Virus record (IMG/VR): IMGVR_UViG_3300016265_000371
Span: 1 to 37,319 of that record
Reading direction: 5' to 3' (one strand)
DNA from: a virus
Lineage: Duplodnaviria > Caudoviricetes
Length of the DNA stretch: 37,319 nucleotides
In this document: positions 20,425 through 30,854 of the stretch, piece by piece
Layout: each line of letters starts with the position of its first letter
Position numbering within the stretch: the stretch's first letter is position 1
Translations under genes and position numbers: made by a program
The notes under the pieces: model-generated
Database searches by the model: none
Seen by the model: the letters and a program-made list of their open reading frames with translations, nothing else
What the model was told of the DNA's origin: nothing

Positions 20425-20438
20425 GCACGGAGAATAGC

Positions 20439-20463
20439 AAAACCCCCCGCTTGCGCGGGGGGC
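20439..20463 (-). terminator. Intrinsic terminator
   Basis: CCCCCCGC-GCAA-GCGGGGGG followed by TTTT on the minus strand. Confidence 0.7.
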
Positions 20464-20497
20464 CTGCTCATCTTCCCGAACTGGGCGGAGGGAAGGA

Positions 20498-20881
20498 CTA
20501 CTTCTTCTTTAGTGGACTGGTGCGGCCCCCCATTGTAGGCATTGCGTAGAGGGTTGTTTTTCTCTTGTCGGGCCGGAAACGACGCTTTTCCTTTTCTTCG
20601 AAAACGCGAACTATTCTGCCCTGACCAATTTCCACATCGGTAGCGATAGCCAGTTCATTGGGGGATTTGCCAAATGTGTTGAAGTATCCTTTTTCAACCG
20701 TTGTCTTACCAATCGGCCTTCCAATTTTTGATGCTCTGCTTCGGGCCTGCTCCCCGGCCTTTCTGTCATCCCCTGCAACATCCTTGTTTCGCGGCATCGC
20801 CTTCTTGGCGACGGCCTTCTTCGCGGGTGCCGCCTTCTTCGCGGGTGCCGCCTTCTTAGCGGGCATCTTCTTCGCTGCCAT
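20498..20881 (-). CDS. Histone-like basic protein (PAKKA repeats)
   Basis: MAAKKMPAKKAAPAKKAAPAKKA. Confidence 0.8.
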   Translation of the reverse strand: MAAKKMPAKKAAPAKKAAPAKKAVAKKAMPRNKDVAGDDRKAGEQARSRASKIGRPIGKTTVEKGYFNTFGKSPNELAIATDVEIGQGRIVRVFEEKEKRRFRPDKRKTTLYAMPTMGGRTSPLKKK

Positions 20882-20928
20882 AACTGTGTCCTTTACTAGA
20901 TGGCTGATGTTGAAAACTTAGCAGAGTT

Positions 20929-20949
20929 CCCCCCCGCTTGCGCGGGGGG
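20929..20949 (-). terminator. Hairpin after the capsid gene (same stem-loop as at 20443)
   Basis: CCCCCCGC-GCAA-GCGGGGGG, weak U tract. Confidence 0.6.
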
Positions 20950-20985
20950 ACCCTACCCATCTTCCCCAAACCGGGGGAAGGATTA

Positions 20986-21966
20986 TCAGGCGTTCGTGCC
21001 GATGCTCGACGCGGACTCGATGCGGCGCAGAGCCTCCTGACGGAACACCCCGTACCCGACGAAGTGCTTCCAGCCCACCGGGCGGAAACGCTTCAGGATG
21101 TCGGTCACCGTGCCGTACACGATGGTCGGCTGCGAACCGTACTCACCGCCGAGGCTGATGCCCTTAGCGAGAGCCTGACGGCCCATGATGAGGGTGCCGT
21201 ACACGTCGATGGTGCCAGCCGAACCCGAGTTGTCCGACGCATTGGCGAACAGCGGTGCGCGGGGGGACTCCATGAAGCGGACACCCTCGAACATGCCGAT
21301 TTCACCGTTGTAGATGCCCTCGGGGTTGACGTAGTTCGCGGGGGTACGCCACGCGGCGGCATCCGTCGCGGAACGGAAGTCGTACGACACGTCCGGGTGG
21401 ATGAAACCGACGTAGGAACCGCCGATGGTCGGCACGTTCGCACCACGGAGCTGGGCGACGACCTTGCGGACATCGTTCGCTGCGAGGGTGTCATCCGTGT
21501 TGATGGTCGTGCGGCTTGACGGGTCGGTGGCACCACCGGTCGCGTAGATCACGTTGTTGCCAGCCTGGAGGACCGAACGGCAAATCGTGTCAATGGACAG
21601 ACCGGCGTTGTAGCCGACCGCGTTCGCAGCAACCGGGTCAACCGGGAGGAACGAGGTGGCCCGCAGCTTGGCGGTCGTGACGGTCGCGTTGCCGTACTCA
21701 GCCAGGGTGACGGACACCTGGCTGTCGCTCATCGCAACAGGGGTGACATCCTCTGCCTCACCGAGAGCCGTGGTGGCGGCGGCGAGGTCTGCGAACACGG
21801 TGAACGTGATGGTCGCACCGGGGTTGGTGGCGTTGGTTGCCTGGACATCTGCGAACTGGTCGTAGTACATCTCCGGGCGGAGGGCGAAGTACGCAAGCTT
21901 CTCGAACGCGGTCTGGTCGACCGAGAGGTTTGCTGTACCGGTTTCGGCGGCGTAGTAGTCAGCCAT
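20986..21966 (-). CDS. Major capsid protein (HK97 fold, N4-gp56-like)
   Basis: 326 aa; L.EAEDVTP, V.LAEYG, FIHPDV.YD, GEIGMFEGVRF; strong codon bias. Confidence 0.92.
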   Translation of the reverse strand: MADYYAAETGTANLSVDQTAFEKLAYFALRPEMYYDQFADVQATNATNPGATITFTVFADLAAATTALGEAEDVTPVAMSDSQVSVTLAEYGNATVTTAKLRATSFLPVDPVAANAVGYNAGLSIDTICRSVLQAGNNVIYATGGATDPSSRTTINTDDTLAANDVRKVVAQLRGANVPTIGGSYVGFIHPDVSYDFRSATDAAAWRTPANYVNPEGIYNGEIGMFEGVRFMESPRAPLFANASDNSGSAGTIDVYGTLIMGRQALAKGISLGGEYGSQPTIVYGTVTDILKRFRPVGWKHFVGYGVFRQEALRRIESASSIGTNA

Positions 21967-21997
21967 TTTGGTTTTTCCTTTTCAGGGTTGAGGTTTG

Positions 21998-22459
21998 TCA
22001 GTTGCCACCCAGGTCAATGCCCTGGGCTTGTGCCTCTGCAAAAATCGCCATGAGTTCGGATTCGGACTGGGCATCATTGATTCGCTTCATCCATGACGGG
22101 CCTTCGGAGGATGTCTCTGCGCCTGCCGCAACCCGGTTGGATTGCTGCCACGCCTGACGGTCCTCGGCTGCCGGTGACGGTGAGGGTGTAATCAGTTGTG
22201 CTTCTTCAGCTGCCTGCCGGATTGCTTCTGCTGTGTACTCACCGTCGTAGCCTTTGACGAAATATTTGAACTTCGGGTCGCTGGCGTTGATGCCTGCTTC
22301 CATGAAGGTCAGTTTCTTTTGGGCTTCGTTGGCCTGCTCAATTTGCTTGAGTAGTTCAGCGTTCTGCTTTTCCAGCTGCTTGAGTCGCGCTCGAACTGGG
22401 TTCTTCTGCGTCTCTTGCTGGTCGTCGTCCTCGTAGAACTCGTCTGCGAAATCTGACAT
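21998..22459 (-). CDS. Capsid scaffolding protein
   Basis: Acidic, coiled-coil, directly upstream of the capsid gene. Confidence 0.75.
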   Translation of the reverse strand: MSDFADEFYEDDDQQETQKNPVRARLKQLEKQNAELLKQIEQANEAQKKLTFMEAGINASDPKFKYFVKGYDGEYTAEAIRQAAEEAQLITPSPSPAAEDRQAWQQSNRVAAGAETSSEGPSWMKRINDAQSESELMAIFAEAQAQGIDLGGN

Positions 22460-22610
22460 TGGCACACTCCTTGTGTCCACACCAGGATCGGAGGAAACCT
22501 GGTGGCTACGTTGTTACACCCCGTATGTTCGCCTCGGACTCGGGGGGCGGTCTGAGGGTCCAGCACTCGGCTTCACACGAAATAATTACATAACTGTGGT
22601 TTGGTTTCCA

Positions 22611-22718
22611 CTATGAGCCGCAGGTTCCTTCGCAGCAGTGGTGTTTCAGTCCGCAGTTGGGGCATCGCCATCGGCATGCGATGGGATCAAAGTCGGTGTC
22701 GCAGTTTTGGCAGGTCAT
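22611..22718 (-). CDS. Micro zinc-finger protein (35 aa)
   Basis: Read manually: MTCQNC...CRWRCPNCGLKHHCCEG; ATGA overlap. Confidence 0.65.
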   Translation of the reverse strand: MTCQNCDTDFDPIACRWRCPNCGLKHHCCEGTCGS

Positions 22719-23575
22719 TGACCGATGGTGGTCAGACCGGTTGCGGATGCTTGGCCTTGTCCTGCGAATCCTCCGCCCGCCTCGAATTGGGCTGTGCGTC
22801 GGCGGCGGCGTTCTGCGATGGCTTTGCGGGCTGCGGCGTTGGTGCCGAATGTGGCTCCGATTTGTTCTTCACGGCTGACTGCTTGTTCGCCTTGCATCTG
22901 CCCTGCGAACAGTCCTTGACTTTCCGCGATGTCGGTGAACCCAGCCTGTGCCTGCTCAGGGGTAACCCCAGCCCTAGCGAGAGCCTCAGCTTCCTGGGTC
23001 TGCAACTGGATTTGGGCCTGCTGCTGGGCCTGCGCGGAAATAGCGGCGGATCGTGCCTGCCGTTCAGCTTCGTACCGGTCGAACGTGGGGCGGGCGCGGG
23101 TGGGGTCTATGAAGTAGGCGGCAAGGTCGCCTTCGGAGACACCGTACAGGCGTTGGAACTCTGCGACGACGTTGGCGGGGGCGTTGCGGACAGCTTGGTA
23201 GCCCTGGTCGATTCGTGCGCCCAGTTCGTCGGGGGACACGTCTTGGGCGATGAAGTTTTGAAAGTCGCTTGGCTGGTCGTAAAAACCGGGGGGCATCCCT
23301 CGCTGCTGGAGGGTCCGCTTGTAGTCGGCTTCTAAGGTGAGATACTGCCTGACCGTGAACTGCTGTTTGCCTTGGTCAGCAAGAATCTTGTTGGCGGGAA
23401 ACCTGTCCTGAAAAACCTTGTTGTCCCTCAGGCGGACACCGATTTCGTCAATGTCCGGCGGGACCTGTTCTGCCTGCCACAACTTCGCAATTTCGTCTTC
23501 AAGTGTCTTGTCGTTGACACCCAAGAATCTGAGTTCGCGCAGGATGATTTGTAGTGCGGAATCTTCGTCAGCCAT
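22715..23575 (-). CDS. Probable internal virion protein
   Basis: Helical Ala/Gln-rich; FQDRFPAN, Y..LE..Y; TGATG coupling. Confidence 0.65.
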   Translation of the reverse strand: MADEDSALQIILRELRFLGVNDKTLEDEIAKLWQAEQVPPDIDEIGVRLRDNKVFQDRFPANKILADQGKQQFTVRQYLTLEADYKRTLQQRGMPPGFYDQPSDFQNFIAQDVSPDELGARIDQGYQAVRNAPANVVAEFQRLYGVSEGDLAAYFIDPTRARPTFDRYEAERQARSAAISAQAQQQAQIQLQTQEAEALARAGVTPEQAQAGFTDIAESQGLFAGQMQGEQAVSREEQIGATFGTNAAARKAIAERRRRRTAQFEAGGGFAGQGQASATGLTTIGQ

Positions 23576-25050
23576 CAGATGATCCTCCCGAATGTTTGCC
23601 TCAATGCTGATGCCCATTCGCGGGCCTCACGCTTGGCGTTCTCAGTCTTATCCCAACCATACCGTGCATCAGTACGCAGAAGTTTCTGCCACTCCCCATT
23701 TGTCATCACACGCTTCTTGCCTTCCTCCCCAAAATTGAGAGCAACCTCATACTGGGCGTTCGACATGTCAATCGTGTTCGGATCAACCTCCAACAGTTGT
23801 GCCGCCGCAGTCTTGAACGAACCACTGATTTCATCCAACGTCAAACCCTGATCAATCAACGGAGAAAGATGCCCGTACCGGGCTTTCGCCACCTCACGCT
23901 GCTGGCGTTGCACATCCTCTGTCGTCATCTCACCAGTCAAGGTCCGCTGGATGGTGTCATCCGAAACCTGGTTGAAGTACGCCTTGCCGATGTTGGCGAT
24001 ACCCAAATAGTCGTTGGACTTTTTGATGCGGGTCACAGCGGTCGGGTTGACGAACTGGCCTGTGTCGTCCTTGCGGAACGCTTCTTTGTATGCCTCGAAC
24101 TTGAGGGTGTCGCCTTCCCAGCTGAGGTTCATTGCCTTCGTCACGAAAGCGTTGAACGGAACAGAGTCAAAGCCTGCATCACCAATCAGTTGCTTGATTT
24201 GGCGAACCTTCCCCGTGGTCGCCAACTCCTTGTAGAACGACGTGTTTTGGTATTCAGCACCAAACCGTTCAGCAGTCATTTCGCTTTGCGGGTCAACAGC
24301 TCTACGAAGCAACGCCTCGACATCGGGGTATTTGGTTCGGTCAATGTCAAGAATCCATGCCTGCGTGGGGAACAACTCGCGGAACTTTGCTGAGACACGA
24401 TCCCAGTTCATCTTCGGTGCGGACGGCAACTTGCCGCCCCCACGGCCTACACCGCCACCAGGCGTAATCTGCTCCTTGGGTTCCACCTTCGGTTGAGCAG
24501 GGGCAGTCTTACCGAACCCGCCAGCAACCTGACCACGACGACGCAAACCCTCTTGCTGAGCAGCAGTCATACCTTCAACTGGCGGCGCGGGAGTTGCGGC
24601 AACAGAAGTAACAACAGCCTGACCTACATCATCAAAAACAGGTGTGATAACCGGGGCCGACAACACCGCATCAATCTTTGCAATCTCCGCATTGGCGGCA
24701 TCAATCCTGGTTTGGGCCTCTTCAGGGTTGGGTGAAAAACCTTTCTCAATCTGGTTCGACAAAGCCGCAACCGTCTGGAGATAACCCTTGCGCTGATCTT
24801 CAAGTTGCGAAACGTACCTGTCGCGTCGCTTGGATTCCCTCTTGGCAAGAGTCGTTGCTTGAGCAAGATTCTTTTTGGCTGTGGATTCCTTACTTTTAGC
24901 GTCATCCATCAACGCCTTGAACTCGGCAGCAGAAATCTTCTTTCCGTTGACCGTAATCGTCCCATCCGCATTGCGCGGCGAACTATCCAGTTTCTCCCTA
25001 GCCGCCTTCAGCTTCTCATACTGTGCCTGGAGTTCCTGCTCGGTTGCCAT
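23575..25050 (-). CDS. Probable internal virion protein
   Basis: 491 aa helical, coupled in the structural operon. Confidence 0.65.
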   Translation of the reverse strand: MATEQELQAQYEKLKAAREKLDSSPRNADGTITVNGKKISAAEFKALMDDAKSKESTAKKNLAQATTLAKRESKRRDRYVSQLEDQRKGYLQTVAALSNQIEKGFSPNPEEAQTRIDAANAEIAKIDAVLSAPVITPVFDDVGQAVVTSVAATPAPPVEGMTAAQQEGLRRRGQVAGGFGKTAPAQPKVEPKEQITPGGGVGRGGGKLPSAPKMNWDRVSAKFRELFPTQAWILDIDRTKYPDVEALLRRAVDPQSEMTAERFGAEYQNTSFYKELATTGKVRQIKQLIGDAGFDSVPFNAFVTKAMNLSWEGDTLKFEAYKEAFRKDDTGQFVNPTAVTRIKKSNDYLGIANIGKAYFNQVSDDTIQRTLTGEMTTEDVQRQQREVAKARYGHLSPLIDQGLTLDEISGSFKTAAAQLLEVDPNTIDMSNAQYEVALNFGEEGKKRVMTNGEWQKLLRTDARYGWDKTENAKREAREWASALRQTFGRII

Positions 25051-25805
25051 CAGCCAAGACCTTTCATCAACTGGTCAATAACATCCGCATAACCCAACAT
25101 TTTCATCGCCCCAGCTTCCTCCGGGTTAGAAGCCTCCACAGCCTCCAACGCCGCTGTCTGAGCAGTCGGCACAGCCGCCCCACCCATAGCCTCAGACACC
25201 TCCATAGCGTTATACGAACGAACAAACTTTTCGACCTCAGCATCAGACAACTGGCGACCCAACACCGAACCAGCAGCCTGCTTGAACACCTGACGCAAAT
25301 CCTGTTTAGCGGTTGTGCGAACCCTTGCACCTCCAGCAACCTTTGCCTTGATGTTGGGATCGGCAGCCATCAAATCAATAGCGCGGTCAAGTGTTACACC
25401 CTCAGCGTTGGCGTACAGCATCGCGTTCTTCACAGCAGAAATGTCGCGGGCCATCGTGCCAGTAGAAGACGGGCGAGAGTTTCCGTACAGGCCGAGAGCA
25501 GCCAAACGGTTCAACTTAGCCAACCTTTCGGCGGGTGTCCCGAACCGGGCTATCTCGCTGAATGCCTCATCTTCGCTGTACTGGCCCCGAACCAGCACCC
25601 CGTCCTTGTCAACAAGACCCTGACCGATATAACCCTGAGGGGGTTGTTCCTCCACAGTCGGGGGCGTTACGCCCTCGCCAACCTTGACAACCTTGCGGGG
25701 ACGCAAACGAACACTCGGAAGAAGCACATTGCTGTTACCCGACGGGGTCAACTCCGGTGCGGTGTCGCTCACCTCATTCGTGGTTGTGTTCGTCTGCTCA
25801 GCCAT
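25050..25805 (-). CDS. Probable internal virion protein
   Basis: Coupled ORF in the structural operon. Confidence 0.6.
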   Translation of the reverse strand: MAEQTNTTTNEVSDTAPELTPSGNSNVLLPSVRLRPRKVVKVGEGVTPPTVEEQPPQGYIGQGLVDKDGVLVRGQYSEDEAFSEIARFGTPAERLAKLNRLAALGLYGNSRPSSTGTMARDISAVKNAMLYANAEGVTLDRAIDLMAADPNIKAKVAGGARVRTTAKQDLRQVFKQAAGSVLGRQLSDAEVEKFVRSYNAMEVSEAMGGAAVPTAQTAALEAVEASNPEEAGAMKMLGYADVIDQLMKGLG

Positions 25806-25807
25806 TC

Positions 25808-28800
25808 TCAATCCTCGATTTCCGCAGCCAACAGTCTGTCATAAATACGGGCAAACTCGGGTGTCTCCGCCACAATCGCCTGCGCGTGACCAATCAGCCA
25901 GTCCCGCAACGGGGCCGCCGCATTAGAAGCCAAACTGGAATACCCAGCAGATGCCGCCGACTGCAACGCCTGATCACGCTTCCGCAAATACAGGGCAGTC
26001 GCCTGAGCCACATCATTGTCAGCAAGGGAACCCTCCTGAACCATGCGTGTCAGTTCCTCAATCTTGGCTGGGAACTCACCAGGGTTGAACTCTGCAACAA
26101 CCGGGAAACCAGGATATTCCTTGTTCAGTTTTTGCCGCCACCTGCGGAGCCATGCTTTCTGTTCAGCGGACGGAGACGGAGGAAGCTTGTCGCGCATAGC
26201 CCGATACTGGGATGCCGCCGCCCTGTATTGGGCTGCTTCCACAATTTCACGGTCCGTGAGACGGCGACGTTTCCCGTTGGTCACCTGCCGTGACCACACC
26301 TCAAACGAGAAGTTGTCGCCACCGGGGGCCATGAACCCGGCAACATTCGGGTACTTCTTCAGCAGGTCACCGTTGCGGCGTTCCCAGTCTCCGAACTGTT
26401 CGGTGGCTTCCAGCCCGCCCGCAACAGATTCGGTTTTGTTCGACAAATACAGCAGGGCATCGTTGCCGTAGATGCGGAGAAACTCGGACACGGCGGTGTC
26501 GTAGTTGTCTGCCTGCAACTTTTGGAACTCTTTGATGAGCTGGGTGGCGTACATGTCGCCGTCTTTGGTGGTGATACGGAACTCAGGGCTGGGGGCGGTA
26601 GGACCGAAGAACTGGCCCAATGCCCGCATACCGGTGATGATGCGGGCTTTCCATCGTGCATCGGCGTACAGTTGTTCCTGATCGTTGAAATCCGCAAGGT
26701 CGTACTCGCCGGAGGTGGACAACGCCCGAAGGGTTTCAATATAGGTGTTTCCGTACACGGTGCCAAGGTTCATCGTGTTGCCTTCGAGGGCTTCGTTCAG
26801 GCGGGACACCCATTTGGGGACGAAACCCAACGTGGTTTTCTCCCCGTATGGGAGCAGGATTCCCCTGATGAAATCAGTTGAAGGTGTGTCCGGCAACAGT
26901 TTTGATGCGGCAATTTGCCCGACTGGACCGACAGACGGGATGACACCAAGACCGATAGAGACACGCTTTACGGGTGCCTGCAACGGGGTGTCCAACCCCG
27001 TCAGCAGCTGGGAGAACCAGCCTGAAAGCGGGAAGTTGAACGAGTATTCCCCAGTGGTGGCATCCTTATAGAAGAATCCTTCGCCGTCACCGTCAGGATC
27101 AAACTTTCGTGCGCCGTCAAAGATGAGTTGTGCGCGGCGGATACGGGTAGGGTCTTCAATGGCTGCGCGGGCGTAGGTGCCGAGAACTTCGCGCCATGCA
27201 CCGCCGAACGGGATTACGACACGGAGGATGTCTTCCAGGTTGGAACGCTCTGTTGCGTTGTACAGAAGGTTTTTAGTTTCGCGGAGGGCCACCGCTTTTG
27301 CGTAAGCATCAAGTTCGTCCACGGTTCCGGTCGCATCAGACACAGAATCAGCAACAGTCCTCAGTTTTTCAAGGACATCTTTGCCGCCGACATAACGGGC
27401 CGCAGGAATACCTTCCTGCTCGGCAGAAGCCAGCACCCTTGACAGAATCATCTGTGCCTGATCAGGTGCCAGCTCGTCGGCAGTAGCAAGAATCTCACGG
27501 AAATAGTATTGGCGGAACACCGGCGACTTCTCAAGAATCTGTGTACCACGCCCATAGAGGTTCACAAAAAACTTGTCAACAAAATAGTCGGCTGCGGCCC
27601 CCGCTTTACCGAACCTGCGTGAAGCAACCTGTCCCGCGCCTCGTTCAGCTCGCTTCACGAACTGGGCCAGTTGACCTTGATTGCCTTTGATGGTGAGAAG
27701 TTCACGCAGTTCAGCAGAACCATAGGATTCGCCAAGCACCTCAGGGGCGAACTGTGCGACAGGAATGTCAATAGCGACATCATTGAAAACAGGCTGAATA
27801 TCCAGCACAACATCAGTCATTACTTCACCCGTGAACGGATCAATCTGATTGCCTGCCCGGTCAAACCGGTTGATGATGACCCCCTGCTTGTCGTTGCCCA
27901 AATCAACAATCGTCCCGGGGCGAGTGTCCGTAATGTTGGCAAGGTCGTCTGCGTTGATGCGTTCCACCGGGGCAATAACACGGACACCATTCTCTGTCGT
28001 GATAAGCGGAACACGGTTGTAGGCGGCAACAACCTGCAAATCCTTGTCGCCACGGGTGATCGTGCTGGTCTTCATGCGGGACAACTTGCTGACCCAGCCA
28101 GCAACAAAATCCTCCAAAGCATTGTCGCCCAACTGGATGACAGCACCAACATTGCCGTTTTCGGGGTCGCCAACCTTCAAACCCAGTTTGGCGTAACGGT
28201 TCAACGACTCAAGAATCTTGGCCTGTTCCGGCTGGTTCAACCACTGAATGATGAGTTCGGTTTGGCGTTCCTCGGTCAAACCCATCAGGTCAAACCGAGA
28301 AATCTGACCATTCACCGCGTCGGTGTGAATCTGAGCAAGGTTGTCGACATAACCGATGCGGTGCGCGTTCGGATCAACACCCTGATTTACTTCAGTCCAG
28401 TTGCCGTTCCGGAACTGGTTTGTCTTTGCGTCAACAGGTCGATCAAGATTCTTGTATGTGTCAAAAGTGAGAGCATCAACCATCTCCCGCTGGTTTTCGC
28501 CCCACTCCTCCACGTTCGTGCGGAGAACATCCTCAAACTCGACACCCTTGATGTCCTCAAAACCCTTCTTGTTCATCACCCACAGAATGAAATCCTGCGG
28601 ATGACGGAACAAACCCGACATACCATTCATCGCAATACGGGTCTGAGCATCAATCATGTTACGCATGATGTACCCACCAGTAGCCAACGCCAACGGCTTC
28701 CACAGTTCGTTCTGCGCCGACTCAATCAGCGCATTCACCTTCTCAACAGGTTGCTTCGTGCTGACCCTCGATAAGATGCCAGCAAACTTGCGTACCTCCC

Positions 28801-30460
28801 TGAAATCAGGAAGAACGGCAACCTCATCAGCCAGTTCGTTCAACGCCCCCGGCCCCGTCAAAACAAGACGATCAAGTGCATCCTGCGGCAAATCATCAAT
28901 AACTTCCTGCGGGAAATACCTCAGAAGGCTTTGAACTAAACCACCATCATCGGCCCAACCAATTTCGTCCACCGTGAACACTCTGGACTTGGCAAGTTCA
29001 GCGTTCTTTGCGGCAACCATCCGTTTCCACACATCATCAACACCCGCACCAGTGCGCCCAGCGGCTTTGGTGGCAATGACACGCAAAGCATTGTCAAACG
29101 CTTCTTGGACAGCAGGACGGGACGCACCAGGATCAGACAACGAATACGCCCGAACAACCTGATCCATCACATTCTTGTATTCGTCACTGTCAGGCCCGAA
29201 CCCGATACCCTTCATATAGTTCGAGTAGTTCTTGATTGCCTGCGCCTTGTCAATGCCTGACCCGTTGATGACAACCTGATTCTTCGGCACCTGACTGAAA
29301 AACCGGTTGTTGCGGACATTACGAAACAACGGGACACGCTCAGCTTTTTCGTCAAGCCAAGCCGAGGTAGCGGTAGCACCGCGAATCTCACGGACATCCT
29401 TCGGGAGCAGAATCTCGTCCGGTGTCCCCTGCAACCTGCTGGAAGCCTCCCCGAGCAAACCCTGAACCTTCAGACCGTCATCAGCTTTGGCGAACTCTGA
29501 CGCAATCTGCGGGGAAATGTTGTAATCAAACTTTTCTAGCAACGACAAAACTTTTTGTTCGTCAGACAGGTCAGCGTTCTTGGCAATGTCAACAATCTGC
29601 CCCGTCAAACGGACAGCTCTCTTGTCGGAAGTGACCCACTTGCCGAACTGTGTCGCCTTGAAAGCAATCTGTTCAGCAGACCCCAACCCTGCCTCGCCTC
29701 TAGCTAAAGCGCGGGCCGCCGTCAGAGCATCAGCACCAACCAAACCCGGAATCGTTGCCCTCGCTGTTCTTGCGGCTGCCAAAGGTTTTCCCACCAAAAA
29801 GGTGGGGTCTGCACCAATTTGGACTGCCGCATCAACAAACCCCGACAGCACGTTGTACGGCTTCGAACCGGGAGTGAAAGCCAACTGTGCCGCACCACGC
29901 CCGATAGTCCACGCATGATTGTTGATCGTTCCACGAAACTTGCGGGCGCGTTCAGCTTGCTTCTCAGCTGCCTCACCACCGATAAAAAAACCTTCGCCAG
30001 CCTGAGACGAGTTCGAGATGAGGGTGCCAAGGTTCGTGGACTTGAACCAGCCGTCCATACCAGCAGGATCATTCGGAGAGAAGATTTCTGCGCCGACGTT
30101 CTGCGCCAAATCAGGAAGCAACTGCAAACCAGCAAAAGTCCAACGGGTTGCCGCCTTGAAATTGCCGTACACATTCCTGGAGAACCAGTTGCCGTCATCA
30201 CGCTGCGGGTCGTTGTCCCGCACATACTTCAACGCGGCAGCCTTCTTAGATGCCTCAACAGTCTGGTCAGACACCCCAGCCTTCGCCATCGACAAAATCA
30301 CCGCAGGCGGAATATACGGCGCAGACCGGTAAATCTCTGCGATACGAGAAGCCACCTCAGGGCGGGCAGACTTCTTCAGTCGTTCAATCTCCGCAACAAC
30401 ATTGACAGCCTGCGCGTTTGATGATTCCTCGTTGACAGGATCAAACGCCGAAAAAGGCAT
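25808..30460 (-). CDS. Large internal virion/DNA ejection protein (1550 aa)
   Basis: Size, helical content and position typical of podoviral ejection proteins. Confidence 0.7.
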   Translation of the reverse strand: MPFSAFDPVNEESSNAQAVNVVAEIERLKKSARPEVASRIAEIYRSAPYIPPAVILSMAKAGVSDQTVEASKKAAALKYVRDNDPQRDDGNWFSRNVYGNFKAATRWTFAGLQLLPDLAQNVGAEIFSPNDPAGMDGWFKSTNLGTLISNSSQAGEGFFIGGEAAEKQAERARKFRGTINNHAWTIGRGAAQLAFTPGSKPYNVLSGFVDAAVQIGADPTFLVGKPLAAARTARATIPGLVGADALTAARALARGEAGLGSAEQIAFKATQFGKWVTSDKRAVRLTGQIVDIAKNADLSDEQKVLSLLEKFDYNISPQIASEFAKADDGLKVQGLLGEASSRLQGTPDEILLPKDVREIRGATATSAWLDEKAERVPLFRNVRNNRFFSQVPKNQVVINGSGIDKAQAIKNYSNYMKGIGFGPDSDEYKNVMDQVVRAYSLSDPGASRPAVQEAFDNALRVIATKAAGRTGAGVDDVWKRMVAAKNAELAKSRVFTVDEIGWADDGGLVQSLLRYFPQEVIDDLPQDALDRLVLTGPGALNELADEVAVLPDFREVRKFAGILSRVSTKQPVEKVNALIESAQNELWKPLALATGGYIMRNMIDAQTRIAMNGMSGLFRHPQDFILWVMNKKGFEDIKGVEFEDVLRTNVEEWGENQREMVDALTFDTYKNLDRPVDAKTNQFRNGNWTEVNQGVDPNAHRIGYVDNLAQIHTDAVNGQISRFDLMGLTEERQTELIIQWLNQPEQAKILESLNRYAKLGLKVGDPENGNVGAVIQLGDNALEDFVAGWVSKLSRMKTSTITRGDKDLQVVAAYNRVPLITTENGVRVIAPVERINADDLANITDTRPGTIVDLGNDKQGVIINRFDRAGNQIDPFTGEVMTDVVLDIQPVFNDVAIDIPVAQFAPEVLGESYGSAELRELLTIKGNQGQLAQFVKRAERGAGQVASRRFGKAGAAADYFVDKFFVNLYGRGTQILEKSPVFRQYYFREILATADELAPDQAQMILSRVLASAEQEGIPAARYVGGKDVLEKLRTVADSVSDATGTVDELDAYAKAVALRETKNLLYNATERSNLEDILRVVIPFGGAWREVLGTYARAAIEDPTRIRRAQLIFDGARKFDPDGDGEGFFYKDATTGEYSFNFPLSGWFSQLLTGLDTPLQAPVKRVSIGLGVIPSVGPVGQIAASKLLPDTPSTDFIRGILLPYGEKTTLGFVPKWVSRLNEALEGNTMNLGTVYGNTYIETLRALSTSGEYDLADFNDQEQLYADARWKARIITGMRALGQFFGPTAPSPEFRITTKDGDMYATQLIKEFQKLQADNYDTAVSEFLRIYGNDALLYLSNKTESVAGGLEATEQFGDWERRNGDLLKKYPNVAGFMAPGGDNFSFEVWSRQVTNGKRRRLTDREIVEAAQYRAAASQYRAMRDKLPPSPSAEQKAWLRRWRQKLNKEYPGFPVVAEFNPGEFPAKIEELTRMVQEGSLADNDVAQATALYLRKRDQALQSAASAGYSSLASNAAAPLRDWLIGHAQAIVAETPEFARIYDRLLAAEIED

Positions 30461-30852
30461 CAGTACCCCTCACGAATGTACGAATCAATCATGTCAGCCA
30501 AATCATCATTCGGGTACGCCTCATACAACGCCCGCAACTCGTTCAACACAGGGTCATTGTCAACAGGGACCGCAAACCGTGTAGACGGCGTAGGCCCAGG
30601 ACCAAACGATGCGCCAGCCGTGACAGGTTCCATCGGGCGTTCAGTCGGACGGTTGAACGCACCCAACTGACCCGGCCCCACAGACGGTGCAACCTGAACA
30701 GCATCAGTCGGTGCAGGAGCCATCGGCACGGCCCGCTGGGATTCCATCTGCTTCCCAGCCTCACCATACGTCTGCCCCTTAGCCGCCGCAACAGCGACCT
30801 TCTTTGCAGGGTTAGACAAATCAGACCTGTTTGAATACTTCTTTGCTACCAT
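30460..30852 (-). CDS. Hypothetical protein downstream of portal
   Basis: GQTYGE...PTERPMEPVTAGASFGPG. Confidence 0.75.
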   Translation of the reverse strand: MVAKKYSNRSDLSNPAKKVAVAAAKGQTYGEAGKQMESQRAVPMAPAPTDAVQVAPSVGPGQLGAFNRPTERPMEPVTAGASFGPGPTPSTRFAVPVDNDPVLNELRALYEAYPNDDLADMIDSYIREGY

Positions 30853-30854
30853 GA

